A DNA stretch of 64,000 bases, from positions 2,784,001 to 2,848,000 of the forward strand of contig OY969801.1 in NCBI GenBank assembly GCA_963703225.1, in the 5' to 3' direction. Below, piece by piece: positions 1 to 11,189 of the stretch. Position 1 is the first letter of the stretch, and each line of letters starts with the position of its first letter. The position numbers were made by a program, and so were the translations under genes. Under the pieces are notes generated by a model. It was not told the DNA's origin. It was given only the letters and a program-made list of their open reading frames with translations, and made no database searches. The DNA is from Candidatus Eiseniibacteriota bacterium. Its GTDB lineage: Bacteria; Eisenbacteria; RBG-16-71-46; SZUA-252.

Positions 1-332
1 CACCCCGCAGATACGTGACCCACTTCTTGCGCAACGTTAGCGCAAAGCGGATTTGCGATGCCTGGGGGAAGGGCCTTGATGACAACACTCCCAACGCGAG
101 CGACGAGGTGCGGGAGCAGTTTCGAACGCTCTATCATTGGTTGCGCGATTTCCACTCTGGAGACGAGATCGCAGTCACGTATCTGCCCGAGAGCGGATGT
201 AGGGTCGAGATCAGCGGGACGGAAATGGGTGTGATAACCGGCAAGGGATTCGCCGACGCCTACTTTGGCCTTGCCCTGGGGCCCAAACCGGTTCCCGGTG
301 GCAAGTTCAAGAGACGACTCCTGGGCCGGTGA
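1..332 (+). CDS. Chalcone-isomerase-like family protein, probably 5'-truncated by the window edge
   Basis: HFLRNVSAKRICDAWGKG...GDEIAVTY...GKGFADAYFGLALGPKP...KRRLLG resembles the C-terminal half of bacterial chalcone-isomerase-like proteins. Confidence 0.65.
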   Translation, partial: PRRYVTHFLRNVSAKRICDAWGKGLDDNTPNASDEVREQFRTLYHWLRDFHSGDEIAVTYLPESGCRVEISGTEMGVITGKGFADAYFGLALGPKPVPGGKFKRRLLGR

Positions 333-414
333 TCTCCTGCCCAGGCATAGCCGCACGACGCAGTGGTCAGGGCGCACGATTGGAGGTAGAAGCATGCCGG
401 GTGGGGTTCGCCGA

Positions 415-1272
415 ATGAGCGAGACGATCGTGGAAATTGCCGCGCACACGGACCGAGGGAAGAAGCGTGAGACGAACGAGGATGCCTACCTGGTCTTCCG
501 GACAGGTCGCTTTTTGGAGCGTATTCAGAGCAACATCTCAGAGGAAGAGTTGGGCTCCCGCTACGACGATGGCGGGTACGTCATGGCGGTGGCCGATGGA
601 ATGGGAGGAGCCTCCGCCGGAGAAGTCGCCAGCCGTGAGGCCCTCGTCGAGGCGTTTCGCCTCATCCTTCGCTCTCCGAAGTGGCTCCTCAGCCTCGACG
701 ACCCGTTGACGCGGGATTCCGAGATCCAATCCTTCTTCGAGCGCACGAACCTCTATCTCGCGGGAATGCACGCCGCTCTGCTGCGCCACGGAGCCGAGGA
801 CCCGAGCGTCGCCGGCATGGGCACCACCCTCACCGTGGTTTATAGCCTGGGTCTCGATCTCTTCGTGTTGCACGTCGGGGACTCGAGGGCCTACCTCTAT
901 CGCGATGGCGCGCTTCGCCACATCACGCGCGACCACACGGTCGCCCAGAGTCTTGCCGACAGCGGCGCCATCGCGCAGGAAGAAGTGCCCACCCACCCAA
1001 GACGCCACATCCTCACGCAGGTGGTGGGCGGGGGTGGCGGCTGGCTTCACGGCGAGACCCACCATCTGAAGCTGAAACCCGGCGACGCCGTTGTCGTCTG
1101 CACGGACGGATTGACGGGACCGGTCCGCGACGAGGAGATCGCCGGAATTCTTGGGGGAGCGGCGACGAGTGAAGCCGCCTGCGATTCGTTGCTGGCTCTC
1201 GCGCTCGACCGAGGCGCGCCGGACAACGTGACGGCTATTGTGGCGAGGTATTCGGACGGGGCGAGTGACTAG
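415..1272 (+). CDS. PP2C/PrpC-family Ser/Thr protein phosphatase
   Basis: TDRGKKRETNED, VADGMGG, GMGTT, HVGDSRAY, TRDH, CTDGL, DNVT motifs. Confidence 0.92.
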   Translation: MSETIVEIAAHTDRGKKRETNEDAYLVFRTGRFLERIQSNISEEELGSRYDDGGYVMAVADGMGGASAGEVASREALVEAFRLILRSPKWLLSLDDPLTRDSEIQSFFERTNLYLAGMHAALLRHGAEDPSVAGMGTTLTVVYSLGLDLFVLHVGDSRAYLYRDGALRHITRDHTVAQSLADSGAIAQEEVPTHPRRHILTQVVGGGGGWLHGETHHLKLKPGDAVVVCTDGLTGPVRDEEIAGILGGAATSEAACDSLLALALDRGAPDNVTAIVARYSDGASD

Positions 1273-1335
1273 GGCTCCGGATGAACGTGGCCTCGTGGGG
1301 CTCGGCGTTCGGCTGGGCGGGCCCCTTGGCGTGAT

Positions 1336-2547
1336 TCACGACAAAAGGCGTACCGCCGCCAGCGCGTACACCTCCGCGCACTCGACGAGCCGTCGCACCG
1401 ACACGAATTCGTTAGGGCCATGCGACACGGAGAGAAGCCCGGGCCCGTAGGCCAGCGCCGGGATGCCGAGGGCCGCGTAGTGCCGCGTCTCCAGGACGCC
1501 AGGGCACAGCTCGAATCGCGCGGTTCGTCCCGTCACGCCACGAATGCTCGACCCGAGGGCCCGTGCCAACGTGCTCTTTGCGCTCGTGGCTGACGACCGC
1601 CCCTCCTGCAAGACTTCCACCTCACACTTCAAACCATGCGCCCGCGCTTGCTCCACTACGGCAGAGAGACGGTGACGTTCGACGTCGAAATCCTCTTCGG
1701 GGTTGGTGCGCCGATCCACCGTGAAGGACGCCCGCTCCGGCACGACGTTGAAATTATGACCACCCGATAGCTCGCCTCCCAAGAGAAGGACGGACCGTTG
1801 CGCGGCGTCGGGTTGGATATTGAATGTGGTGCGACGGCGGGCCACCTTGCTTTCCAGCGCGGCGAACATGCCGGCCACCTCGAGCATCCCGCGAAAGGCA
1901 TTCACGCCGCGAAAATGCAACCCGACGTGCGCCGGTCTGCCCCGAACGGCGACGCGCAGGGATATAACGCCGCGATTCGCATTCCAGACGACGCCTCCGG
2001 TCGGCTCCATGGTTAGCATGCCCACCGCGTCCCGATCGAGGAGCCCCGCGGCCGCGAGCGCCACCGTGCCGCGTGGACCGGAGGTCTCTTCATCCGGCAC
2101 CGAGGCCAAGACGATGCGGCCTGCGGGCTCGAATCCGGCTTTCTCGAGCGCGTGGATGGCGAACGCCATCGCCGCGATGCCGCCCTTCATGTCCGCCGAT
2201 CCGCGGCCGTACAGGTTGGTGCGGCGCACGACGGGCATGAACTGCGTTCGGTGCTGGGCGGGAACGACATCGTAGTGCCCGCTAAAGTAAAGGACGCGCT
2301 GGCCCTCACCAAACGTGCCGACCACCGACGGCGCAGAGCCGGAAGGGTCGACAGTGCGGGTCTTGAGCCCCAGTTGGCGTAACCGCGACGCGATCACCTT
2401 GGCGCACCTGGCGTACGACACCGCAGGTGGGTTCTCCGTCGGGATGCGGATCATGGCCGCAGCGAAGTCGACGAGATCGGCCGTGCCTCGTTTGAGTTCG
2501 CGACGAATCCGAACCACCAGGCCCTTGTCGGGACGGGCCCGCTTCAT
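1336..2547 (-). CDS. M20-family metallopeptidase (ArgE/DapE-like deacylase)
   Basis: GHYDVVP, YGRGSADMKGG, DEE, EP, HGPNE motifs; ATG overlaps the upstream stop (ATGA). Confidence 0.9.
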   Translation of the reverse strand: MKRARPDKGLVVRIRRELKRGTADLVDFAAAMIRIPTENPPAVSYARCAKVIASRLRQLGLKTRTVDPSGSAPSVVGTFGEGQRVLYFSGHYDVVPAQHRTQFMPVVRRTNLYGRGSADMKGGIAAMAFAIHALEKAGFEPAGRIVLASVPDEETSGPRGTVALAAAGLLDRDAVGMLTMEPTGGVVWNANRGVISLRVAVRGRPAHVGLHFRGVNAFRGMLEVAGMFAALESKVARRRTTFNIQPDAAQRSVLLLGGELSGGHNFNVVPERASFTVDRRTNPEEDFDVERHRLSAVVEQARAHGLKCEVEVLQEGRSSATSAKSTLARALGSSIRGVTGRTARFELCPGVLETRHYAALGIPALAYGPGLLSVSHGPNEFVSVRRLVECAEVYALAAVRLLS

Positions 2548-3236
2548 GAGCCGGTCAGGATCCCGATGCGCACGATGATCTGGTCCGCATCTTGGTGGGT
2601 GCGGTGCCAGGACACGTTCGATCCCGAGCTGGTGACCGCTCCCGGCAGCAGGAAGTCCTGATCGATGCCCGAGCGGTACTCGGCGCTCAGCTCGAACCGT
2701 CCACCCGGGAGCGAGGACATGGCCTTGCTCAGACCGGCCCCCACCGTCCACGCGAACGTGGTGCTCGTCTGGCCGACGGTGGCGTCGTAGCCGCCGCCCT
2801 GCACGTTGCCCTTGAGGTGGCTGTCGATCCAGTTGAACGCGACGCCAATCGTGCCGTAGAGGAACGGCCGCGCGTCGCCGGTGTGCTTGCTGAACGCCGG
2901 CCCGATTCCTAGCCACAGGCTGGTGTTGGCGGTCTCGATCTGCAGCGAGGTGTTCGTGTCGAGGTTCGCGGACGGAACATCGACGTTGCGCCCGAAGTTG
3001 TAGATCAGCGAGGTGCCCTGGCGAATCCCGAACGACTTGCTCGAATCGGGAAAGATGGTGGTAGCGTTCTCCAGGCCCAGGCCGAAGCCGGCCACGTCGC
3101 CCCAGTCGCCGGTGGGAAAGGAGCCGCTGATGTAACCCGCAGCCCCCGCCGACGGGCCCGCGTGCGCGACGCCCGCCATGAGGCCCGACACCGCCAGCGC
3201 CGCCGCGACGATCACGATCATCCGCCTCGATTTCAT
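2544..3236 (-). CDS. Outer-membrane beta-barrel protein
   Basis: Signal peptide ending AHA, alternating beta-strand pattern, C-terminal IVRIGIL; GGAGG RBS. Confidence 0.65.
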   Translation of the reverse strand: MKSRRMIVIVAAALAVSGLMAGVAHAGPSAGAAGYISGSFPTGDWGDVAGFGLGLENATTIFPDSSKSFGIRQGTSLIYNFGRNVDVPSANLDTNTSLQIETANTSLWLGIGPAFSKHTGDARPFLYGTIGVAFNWIDSHLKGNVQGGGYDATVGQTSTTFAWTVGAGLSKAMSSLPGGRFELSAEYRSGIDQDFLLPGAVTSSGSNVSWHRTHQDADQIIVRIGILTGS

Positions 3237-3375
3237 CGATCCTCCCTCCAATATGCGATACGGAGCGCCACGAGTCGCCCGGCGCACGCGCATTGTCCGG
3301 CTGACGGCCGCAGTATAGGCGCTGGCTACCCCCGACGCCACGTACCGCGAATTGTCCACTGCAAGGCCGCCGCCG

Positions 3376-4263
3376 TCACGAGCGCGGAACGAGCAAACGT
3401 TTCTCAATCGCGCGCGCAAAACGAGCCGGTGCTTCAGGGTGGCGTGACAGGAACATCAAAGGCTCGAAGATTTCGAGCTCCATCAAGAGAAACCTTCCGT
3501 CTCGTACCACCCCGTCGACGCGCGCGTAAACCGGCGGCGCCGGCGCGTGTGCGATGCAGATGCGCGCCTGCGCAACGAGTTCCTCGCTCACCTGCACGTT
3601 CTCGTTGCTACCGCCGAATTGATATTGAACGCGATAGTCGCCGGCTTTCGGGCGTTTGCAAACCGCATGGCTAAAGACGCCGTCGAAGAATAGCAGCGAC
3701 AGCTCACCGCCGCCTTGGATCTCGGGCAAAAAAGGCTGCACCAGCACACCGCGATCCTCGAGCGTCTTGGCGATGTCAGCGGAGTAGCGGCCGAGCTCTT
3801 CGAGGCGAAAACGGTGAATGCGGTAGCCGCCGCCGCCGATGGTCGGCTTCACCACGATTTCATTCCAACCGCGGGCACGCGCCAAGGCGGCGATGTCAGC
3901 CTTGTCATTCTCTGCGATGCAAATTGTGGGCACGAGCGCGACACCGGCCCGGGCGAGATCTTGCAAATAGCGCTTGTCAAAATTCCAATTGAGGATTTCG
4001 CGCGAGTTGCACATGAGCACACGCTCAGCGATGCGCGCATCGAGCCAAGCGCGAAACTCGGCGACGCGCTCGAAGTAGTCCCAGGGTGAGCGCATGATCA
4101 GCGCATCGAACGAAGTCCAGTCGATGCTCGCGTCGCTCCACACTGCCGGCACCGAGGCAATGCCAATGTCTGCGAGCGCGGCCACGAGCAGATGGTCGTC
4201 CTCGTAGAGGTTGGCAAGGGCCTCGCAGGTCACCAGCGCCACTCGTTTGCGCGCGTCTTTCAC
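3376..4263 (-). CDS. ATP-grasp (RimK/glutathione-synthetase-like) protein
   Basis: RSPWDY, WNFDKRYL, VVKPTIG, QPFLPEI, YARVDGV, LMELEIFEP. Confidence 0.85.
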   Translation of the reverse strand: MKDARKRVALVTCEALANLYEDDHLLVAALADIGIASVPAVWSDASIDWTSFDALIMRSPWDYFERVAEFRAWLDARIAERVLMCNSREILNWNFDKRYLQDLARAGVALVPTICIAENDKADIAALARARGWNEIVVKPTIGGGGYRIHRFRLEELGRYSADIAKTLEDRGVLVQPFLPEIQGGGELSLLFFDGVFSHAVCKRPKAGDYRVQYQFGGSNENVQVSEELVAQARICIAHAPAPPVYARVDGVVRDGRFLLMELEIFEPLMFLSRHPEAPARFARAIEKRLLVPRS

Positions 4264-4905
4264 GCCTGTCCCGGAACCTTGAGTCCCGTTGTAGCACTAC
4301 CCGCACCCGCCGAGAGATGAAGGAACAGGCCGTCGTGTGTCTTCGGACTTCCAGCATTGGCTTGATCGACTAGAGTCGTGACCAGAAGAGCCGATGTGAT
4401 CGAGATCGCAGTGCCTAACTTTCGCATCATGGCCTAACCCTCCTCTTCAAATGCCCAAGACCCGCCCCCCACGCAGCCCCTGCCTGACCCACCTACGAAC
4501 GGTAGAACGATCTACTGGGACTAACGCGATCTGCGACAGAACCGCACGATTCTTCGCTGCGAGGTGGAGCTGTTCAGGAACTGCAAAGCGGGCAGTCAAC
4601 GGGTAAGGAGGTCGGCACGCAGTGGGGCGATATCCCGAGGCTTCCCTTTGTGTCCACAAAAGACATAGTGGTCGTAATTCCTAGGAACACCTTAGCGTAC
4701 ACTGACCGGCGCGCAAGAACTACCAGCTCGATCTCTTCGCCCGCGCCGCACTCCAACCACCCTACCGCGAATCGCGCCCGGGACTCGCGGCTTCAGAGAG
4801 ACGTTGCCGAAAAGGTCCTGCCGCGGGCCCCCTCCGCGGGGCGGCGGTGCGCCGGCCTCCGCGCCCGCTGACACTCTGCCCGCGACGCTATATACTCCAT
4901 AGCTC

Positions 4906-7375
4906 ATGCGACTTGCTCCAAGAACCCGCCTGGGCACTTACGAAATCCTCGGCTCGCTCGGTGCGGGCGGCATGGGCGAGGTGTACCGCGCGCGCGATTC
5001 GCGCCTCGGTCGCGAGGTGGCGATCAAGGTGCTGCCCGAGGCCGTGGCCTCTTCCCCCGACCGCCTGGCCCGTTTCGAGCGCGAGGCGCGAACCGTCGCG
5101 GGCCTCAACCACCCTAACATCGTCACGCTCTTCTCCGTCGAGGACGAGGACGGCGTCCGGTTCCTCACGATGGAGCTGGTCGAAGGCGAAAGCCTGGATC
5201 GCCTGGTCATCCCCGGCGGCCTTCCGATCCCGCGCGTGCTGGATCTTTCCCTCGCGCTCGCCGGCGCGCTCGTCGCAGCGCACGAGCGCGGCGTCATTCA
5301 CCGGGATCTGAAACCGGGCAACGTCATGGTGACAGGCGACGGATGGGTGAAGGTGCTCGACTTCGGCCTGGCGAAGGCCGCGTCTATGGAGGGCAAAGGC
5401 GAAGGCGCCGGCCAAGCCGCGACGATCGGCGCGACCGCCCAAGCGCCGATCTCGGGCTACGGCCAGGTGCTCGGCACGGTGCCCTACATGGCGCCGGAGC
5501 AGGTTCGCGGCGATACGGTGGACGCGCGATCGGATCTCTTTGCCTTCGGCGCCATCGTCTACGAGCTGGCGACGGGACGTCGTCCGTTCGCCGGCTCGAC
5601 ACCTGCCGACGTGACGTCCGCAATCCTCCGCGACGTGCCGGCTCCGGTGGTCAGCCTACGCGTCGATCTTCCCCGCGATCTCAATCGAATTGTGGTGCGT
5701 TGCCTGGAGAAGGACCCCCGCGATCGGTTCCAGACCGCCCGCGACGTCTACAACGAGCTTCGCTACGTCGTGAAGGAAATGGGGCTGGGAACGGCCGCGC
5801 TGACCCCGAGCCCCGGGGTGACGCCGAGGGCGGCGCCGGCACCGACCCCCATGTGGCAACCGACGCCGGCGCCAGCGATGCCCGGGTCCCGCCCGGCGAT
5901 GGCGGTGGCCACACCGCCACCGCCTACGCCTTCTCCTTCGGGAACGTCGGCATCGGGGATGGGTTTTGCGACCGCCACAGGGCATCCCGTCCATCGCCGT
6001 GCTTCCGTTCGTGAATCGGAGCCGCGGCGAGGAGGATGAGTACTTCTCGGACGGGCTCGCCGACGAGCTGCTCAACGTGCTCACCAAGATCCGAGGGCTT
6101 CGCGTCGCCGCGCGCGCGTCGTCGTTCCAGTTCAAGGGAAAGAACGAGGACCTCGCGACGATCGGCGAGAAGTTAAACGTGGCCACCCTTCTCGACGGCA
6201 GCGTGCGTAAGTCCGGGAATCGAGTTCGGATCTCGGTACAGCTCGTCAAGGCATCCGACCGGGTCCAACTATGGTCGGAGACCTACGACCGATCTCTGGA
6301 CGACATCTTCGCCGTGCAGGACGACATCGCCCAATCGGTGGTGAAGGAGCTTCGCGCCACGCTCCTCCGCGAGACGGATTCCGACGCGAGCGGAACGGCC
6401 AAGGCGGACGTTGCGGCCGCGGTCGCGGGACATGGGCAAAGTCCGGAGGCCCATCGCCTGTACCTCCAGGGGAAGTATTTCGTCGACAAACTCAACCAGG
6501 ACGACACGGAGAAGGGGATCCAGTACTTGAACGAAGCGCTGGCGATGGACCCGTCTCACGCCGCGGCGTGGGTCGAGCTGTCTCGCGCGCACGCGAACTG
6601 CGGGGCCTATGGTTGGAAGCCGGTGGTTGAGGGATATCGAAGGGCCCGCGAGGCCGCGCTGCGCGCGCTCCAGCTGGCGCCGGGCCTGGCGGAAGCGCAC
6701 GTGAGGCTCTCGGCCATCCAGAGAACGCATGACTGGGACTGGAATGGCGCGGAGGAGTCGATTCGAAAGGCGCTGCAACTCGCTCCGGGAAGCGCCGAGG
6801 TGCTTCGGTCCGCCGGGGGACTCGCACACATGCTTGGCCGCCTCCAGGAAGCGGAGAGCCTGATCCGCCGATCGATCGAACAGGATCCGCTGAACGCGGG
6901 CGGCTACACCGTGATCGCACAGGTCTATCGCTCGTTGGATCGTCTGCCCGACGCCGAGAAGGCCTATCGGAAAGCCATCGAGCTCTCCCCGCAGCGGATC
7001 GGAGCGCATATGGTGCTGGCGATCATCCTCGCGGATCTAGGGCGGGACTCGGACGCGCTGGTTGCCGCCAGCATGGAGCCGGCGGATTGGGCGCGACTGA
7101 CCGCTCTCGCCTACGTGCACTCCCTTGGGGGCCGAAAGAGGGAGTCGGACATCGCGCTCCAGCAGTTGGAGACAAAGCACGCCGTCGATTCCGCGTATCA
7201 GATCGCGGCGATCCATTCACAGAGGGGGGACCTGGACTCCGCCTTCACCTGGATCGATCGCTCGATCGCCGAGCGCGACGCGGGTACCGCCCAGGTGGTC
7301 GTCGAGCCGGCGTTCCGGCCCCTCCACGGTGACCCGCGGTGGGCCGACGTCTTGAAGAAGGTGGGCCGAGGCTAG
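4906..7375 (+). CDS. Ser/Thr protein kinase with TolB-N-like and TPR domains, split by a +1 frameshift near 5961-5966
   Basis: LGAGGMGEVY, HRDLKPGN, DFGLAK, YMAPEQ in 4906..6039; SIAVLPFVN...EYFSDGL and TPRs in overlapping frame 5966..7375. Confidence 0.88.
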
Positions 7376-7495
7376 GAGCGCCGCGGCAGCCCCGGCAGCT
7401 TTCGCCGCCGGGGCCCATATCGCCAGCCCGGCGGAGGAAAGGCGACGACCCCGGCGCGGCCCTCCGGTAATGGCTCGACTGGTCGGGCGCAAATC

Positions 7496-7978
7496 CTAGC
7501 GCCCGACCGTCGAACGAATCTTCGCGAGATGGTGAAAGCTGTGACGGACGGCGTGATCTTCGAGGAAGAACTGGGCCGTCAGCGGCGCGTCCGCGTTCAG
7601 CGACACGGGCGCCGCCGCATCTAATTGCTCGTCCGAGAACGCGCGGATGGCCTCGGCGGCGGCCCTACTGTTCCGGCGCAGGAACTCCAGGGCCTCCTGC
7701 TTAGAGACCCCGGCGTGCTCCTTGGCGTGCTTCGCGTTGATCTCGGCTACTACGTCCCACGTGACGCCGGCCACCGGCTTTCCGGCCGCAAGGCCCTGGG
7801 CGAGCTGGATCTCAATGGGATACATGTTGCCGACATGGTGCACGATGACCCCGACGGGCCGCCCATCATGCGGGATCTTCATCCGCCATTCCGCATCCGA
7901 AAGAGATTCAGCCAATTTCGCGAGGGCTCCCGCCCCCTGCTCCAGTCGTTCCGCGAGCAACTGCGACCGACGTCCCAT
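7496..7978 (-). CDS. DinB-family protein
   Basis: Helical protein with HHVG...E and C-terminal HSFHH; GGAGG RBS. Confidence 0.7.
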   Translation of the reverse strand: MGRRSQLLAERLEQGAGALAKLAESLSDAEWRMKIPHDGRPVGVIVHHVGNMYPIEIQLAQGLAAGKPVAGVTWDVVAEINAKHAKEHAGVSKQEALEFLRRNSRAAAEAIRAFSDEQLDAAAPVSLNADAPLTAQFFLEDHAVRHSFHHLAKIRSTVGR

Positions 7979-8403
7979 TGGTTCCTCCATTTGCCTAAAG
8001 GTTCGCCGGTCCATGCTTCTGTGCAGGCTCGAGCACGCCCCGGCACCACGAAATTGGGAAGCGAGAATTATACGTCCGACAAGAAGGACGGGGCCAGATC
8101 CTGCGAACGGGCCGAACAGCCTTCGAGGCCGTGTGGATCGGCGCCTGGGAACGCGCCAGGATCCCAGCTTCGAAGTAGCCATTTGCTCGGTCAATCGCGC
8201 CGCTTCGGCCAACACCCCAGCGGGGACCCCGTCCCGCGCGGCCGCGGTACAACTCCGCCCGTCCCACGGGCATCCCTCCTCCGGAGGCCAAGCAGCGCGT
8301 CACCTCTAGGGCAACCGATCCCGCCGTAGCCCCAACGCCTCGACGGACCCGTCTGTACCTTCTTGGTGAGGGACGCAAACAACCCTACCCAAGGAGACGT
8401 GCC

Positions 8404-9021
8404 ATGAAACCAATCCTTCGAACCGCCATCATCGCTTCGGTGCTTGCTTTCGCCCCGTTCGGCATCGCGCTCGCACAGGTCGATCCCACGCCCCCGCCCG
8501 GCGATGAGGAATGGGCGACGCCCGCACCAGATGAATTCGCCGATGCGAGCCCCATGGGGGACCCGGGTGGGATGGGCTGGGGCGGCACCGGTGGGATGTG
8601 GGCCCACGGGAGCCGCGGAGGCTCCATGGGGATGATGCTTGGAGGTGGACTGCTGCGGCCAGGCGGCCGTCTCGCGGGGGAGTTGGACCTCACCGACGTG
8701 CAGCGGAACAAGCTTCAGACGCTCGCCGACGACCTCGCGCGGAAGGAGATTCGGATGCGCGCGGACCTGGCGATCGCGCGTCTGGACTTGGTCACGTTGT
8801 TGCGGGCCGACGCGCCGACCCAGTCTGATGTGGACGCCAAGGTGAATGCTGTCACGCGCCTCCAAGGCGACATGATGAAGGCCGGCCTGACGGCCAGGCT
8901 CGAAGCCCGAAAGGTGCTCACCGCGGACCAGCGAAAGAAGATGGAGGACCTGAGATCACAGCGGATGCGCGGTGATGGGCACGGCAACAGGCGCGGGCGC
9001 GGAACGCGCGACGGGAATTAA
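8404..9021 (+). CDS. Periplasmic Spy/CpxP/ZraP-like protein
   Basis: Signal peptide, Gly/Met-rich linker, LDLTDVQ and VLTADQR (LTxxQ) motifs. Confidence 0.8.
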   Translation: MKPILRTAIIASVLAFAPFGIALAQVDPTPPPGDEEWATPAPDEFADASPMGDPGGMGWGGTGGMWAHGSRGGSMGMMLGGGLLRPGGRLAGELDLTDVQRNKLQTLADDLARKEIRMRADLAIARLDLVTLLRADAPTQSDVDAKVNAVTRLQGDMMKAGLTARLEARKVLTADQRKKMEDLRSQRMRGDGHGNRRGRGTRDGN

Positions 9022-9052
9022 CGGGACATCCGGGACGCGAAAGGGAGAGAGA

Positions 9053-9679
9053 ATGCGTCGAATCTTGATCGGGCTCGCGTTGCTTGTTGCGACTTTCATC
9101 GGCGCTCGGGCGGCTTACTCGGGCGAATCCAAACATCCACCCGACCTGAGCGGCACGTGGCGCTTTGACCCCAGCCGGAGCGACGCTCCCCCCGCATGGG
9201 GTGGCGGCGGGCACGGTGGTGGCGGGCATGGCGGCGGAGGGCACGGGGGGGGCGGTGGTGGCTGGGGGGGTCACCACGGCGGATACCACGGCGGCGGGGG
9301 ATACGGGGGCGGGCCGGAGGGGAGTTCTGAAAGCGGCCAAGCCCACGCGCGCCCCATGCGACTTCCGGACATTTTGCGCATCGAGGAACAGCCGGAGTAC
9401 GTCGTCCTTGAGGATTCGACAGGCGCAGACCTGATGCAAATCGTGATCGGCGACGGGAAGGTGACCTCGAATCCGGCGGCGGCGGTGCTACGCGCCCAAG
9501 GAGAGTGGAAGAAGGATCAGCTCGAGGCGAAGCACGAGGACGACCGCGGATTCAAGATCACCCAGACTTACGCCCTAGAGGACAAGGGGCGCACTCTCGA
9601 GATCACCACAAAGATCGAGGGCCGACGCTCGTTCGAAGGCAAGCGGGTGTATGTGCGGGAGGGCCCGGCCAAGACGTAG
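9053..9679 (+). CDS. Secreted hypothetical protein with Gly/His-rich insert
   Basis: Signal peptide, PDLSGTW, (GGGGH)n repeat, C-terminal RVY. Confidence 0.6.
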   Translation: MRRILIGLALLVATFIGARAAYSGESKHPPDLSGTWRFDPSRSDAPPAWGGGGHGGGGHGGGGHGGGGGGWGGHHGGYHGGGGYGGGPEGSSESGQAHARPMRLPDILRIEEQPEYVVLEDSTGADLMQIVIGDGKVTSNPAAAVLRAQGEWKKDQLEAKHEDDRGFKITQTYALEDKGRTLEITTKIEGRRSFEGKRVYVREGPAKT

Positions 9680-10196
9680 GAAGACTGCCGGACGATGGCG
9701 GCGGGCCCGGCTCCCCCGGGGCTCCACTATGGCCGCCCCGCTCACAGCGAATCGAGTCCGGGAGGGCTCGTGATCCGCGTCTCGGGCTTCCGGGCTTCCT
9801 CTTCCCGAACCAAAGCTGCGCTCGCCGAATCTCCTGGCACGAGCTGCTGCATGCGGCGCGCGAACTCGAGCGCCTGACTCCGATATCGATATCCGGAGTC
9901 TCGGTACATTCGCATAAGGTGACCCACCACGCTGGTATCCGTTGGAGAGACGCCGAACGCTCTAAACGAGAAGGCGTCGATCGTCGTGTTCCGACTCGGC
10001 TCCGCGAACACGACGGCCACGAGCGACGCGAGGAACGCTCCCGCAAACAGATTCCGCCCGCTACCGGGCTACCACGACCTTCCTTGCCCCGTCCCCGCCC
10101 GACCCCTCGAAACAAATCGCCCCACGCGGCGCTACCCACGTGGGGCGCCTTGCATTTCTTTACGGCACGTCGACGCAACGTCGCGCCTAGGTTGTG

Positions 10197-10904
10197 TTAA
10201 TGCGCCCCTACGTGCACGCCCTTGGCGGCCGCTTGGATCAACGCGGCCACAGCTCGCGGCTTCGACACATAAATTGCGTGACTACCCTTCTCCTCGACGA
10301 CCGTCGAACCGGCCCTCTTGGACATGCCGCGCTGGGCATCGGGTGGAATCATCTTGTCTTCGGTCGCCACCAAGTACCAGCTCGGCTTGCTCCTCCACGC
10401 TGGCACGCTGATCGTGCCTTTGAGAGCCTCCACACCCCACGGCAACTGCGAGTCGGCCATGAAGGCGGCTTTCTCCTCGTCCACGTCCGCAGCGAAGGAG
10501 GCGCGGAACTTCGCCTTGTCGAGGAACAAATAACCGTTCCGCGGTGGCAGGATCGGCGGCACCGGCGCGCCAGGTGGCGGATTCTTGATGAGCGCGTCCA
10601 CGGACTCGCCTTTGTCGGGAGCGAAAGCTGCGATGTAGACGAGCCCTGCAACCTTTGGGTCGTTGCCGGCTTCGGTTATCACAACTCCGCCGTAGGAGTG
10701 GCCGACGAGGATTGCGGGGCCCTCCAGCGCATCCAGGACGAGCTTGGTTGCCGCCACGTCGCCGGCGAGCGACTCGGTCGAGTGTTGGACAATCTCCACA
10801 TTGTAGCCGTCCTTCCTGAGGATCTTGTACACACCCTCCCAGCCGGCGCCGTCTACGAATCCGCCGTGCACGAGCACCACGTTCAATGCGTTTGTTCCGG
10901 TCAT
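10197..10904 (-). CDS. Alpha/beta hydrolase
   Basis: VLVHGGFVDG, GHSYGG nucleophile elbow, D and SH catalytic positions. Confidence 0.9.
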   Translation of the reverse strand: MTGTNALNVVLVHGGFVDGAGWEGVYKILRKDGYNVEIVQHSTESLAGDVAATKLVLDALEGPAILVGHSYGGVVITEAGNDPKVAGLVYIAAFAPDKGESVDALIKNPPPGAPVPPILPPRNGYLFLDKAKFRASFAADVDEEKAAFMADSQLPWGVEALKGTISVPAWRSKPSWYLVATEDKMIPPDAQRGMSKRAGSTVVEEKGSHAIYVSKPRAVAALIQAAAKGVHVGAH

Positions 10905-11189
10905 GACAACCTCCTCTTACAGAGTGTGCCGGCCACCACACCCCCCCGCACCGCCGAGTAAGCTACCCCTCGGTTCCGAGGCGGTCAAGGCTCGGTCGCC
11001 GCAGCGGACTTTCCGTCCCGGAGAATGACCTGAACCCATTGGATTCCAGCGATGTCGGACCCATTGATGGCGACTGCGCTTCGCCGCTAACATCGCGCCC
11101 GTCCGCCGGATCTGGGAAGGCCCCAGGGTGGTGCCCCCGGGACCTCTCCGAGCTGGCTGCCGCGTGCGTGAATCATCTTCTGGACATCG

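Noticed and set aside
9742..10020. Possible C-terminal TPR-like gene remnant
   Set aside because: Too short, with no diagnostic motif to support a call.
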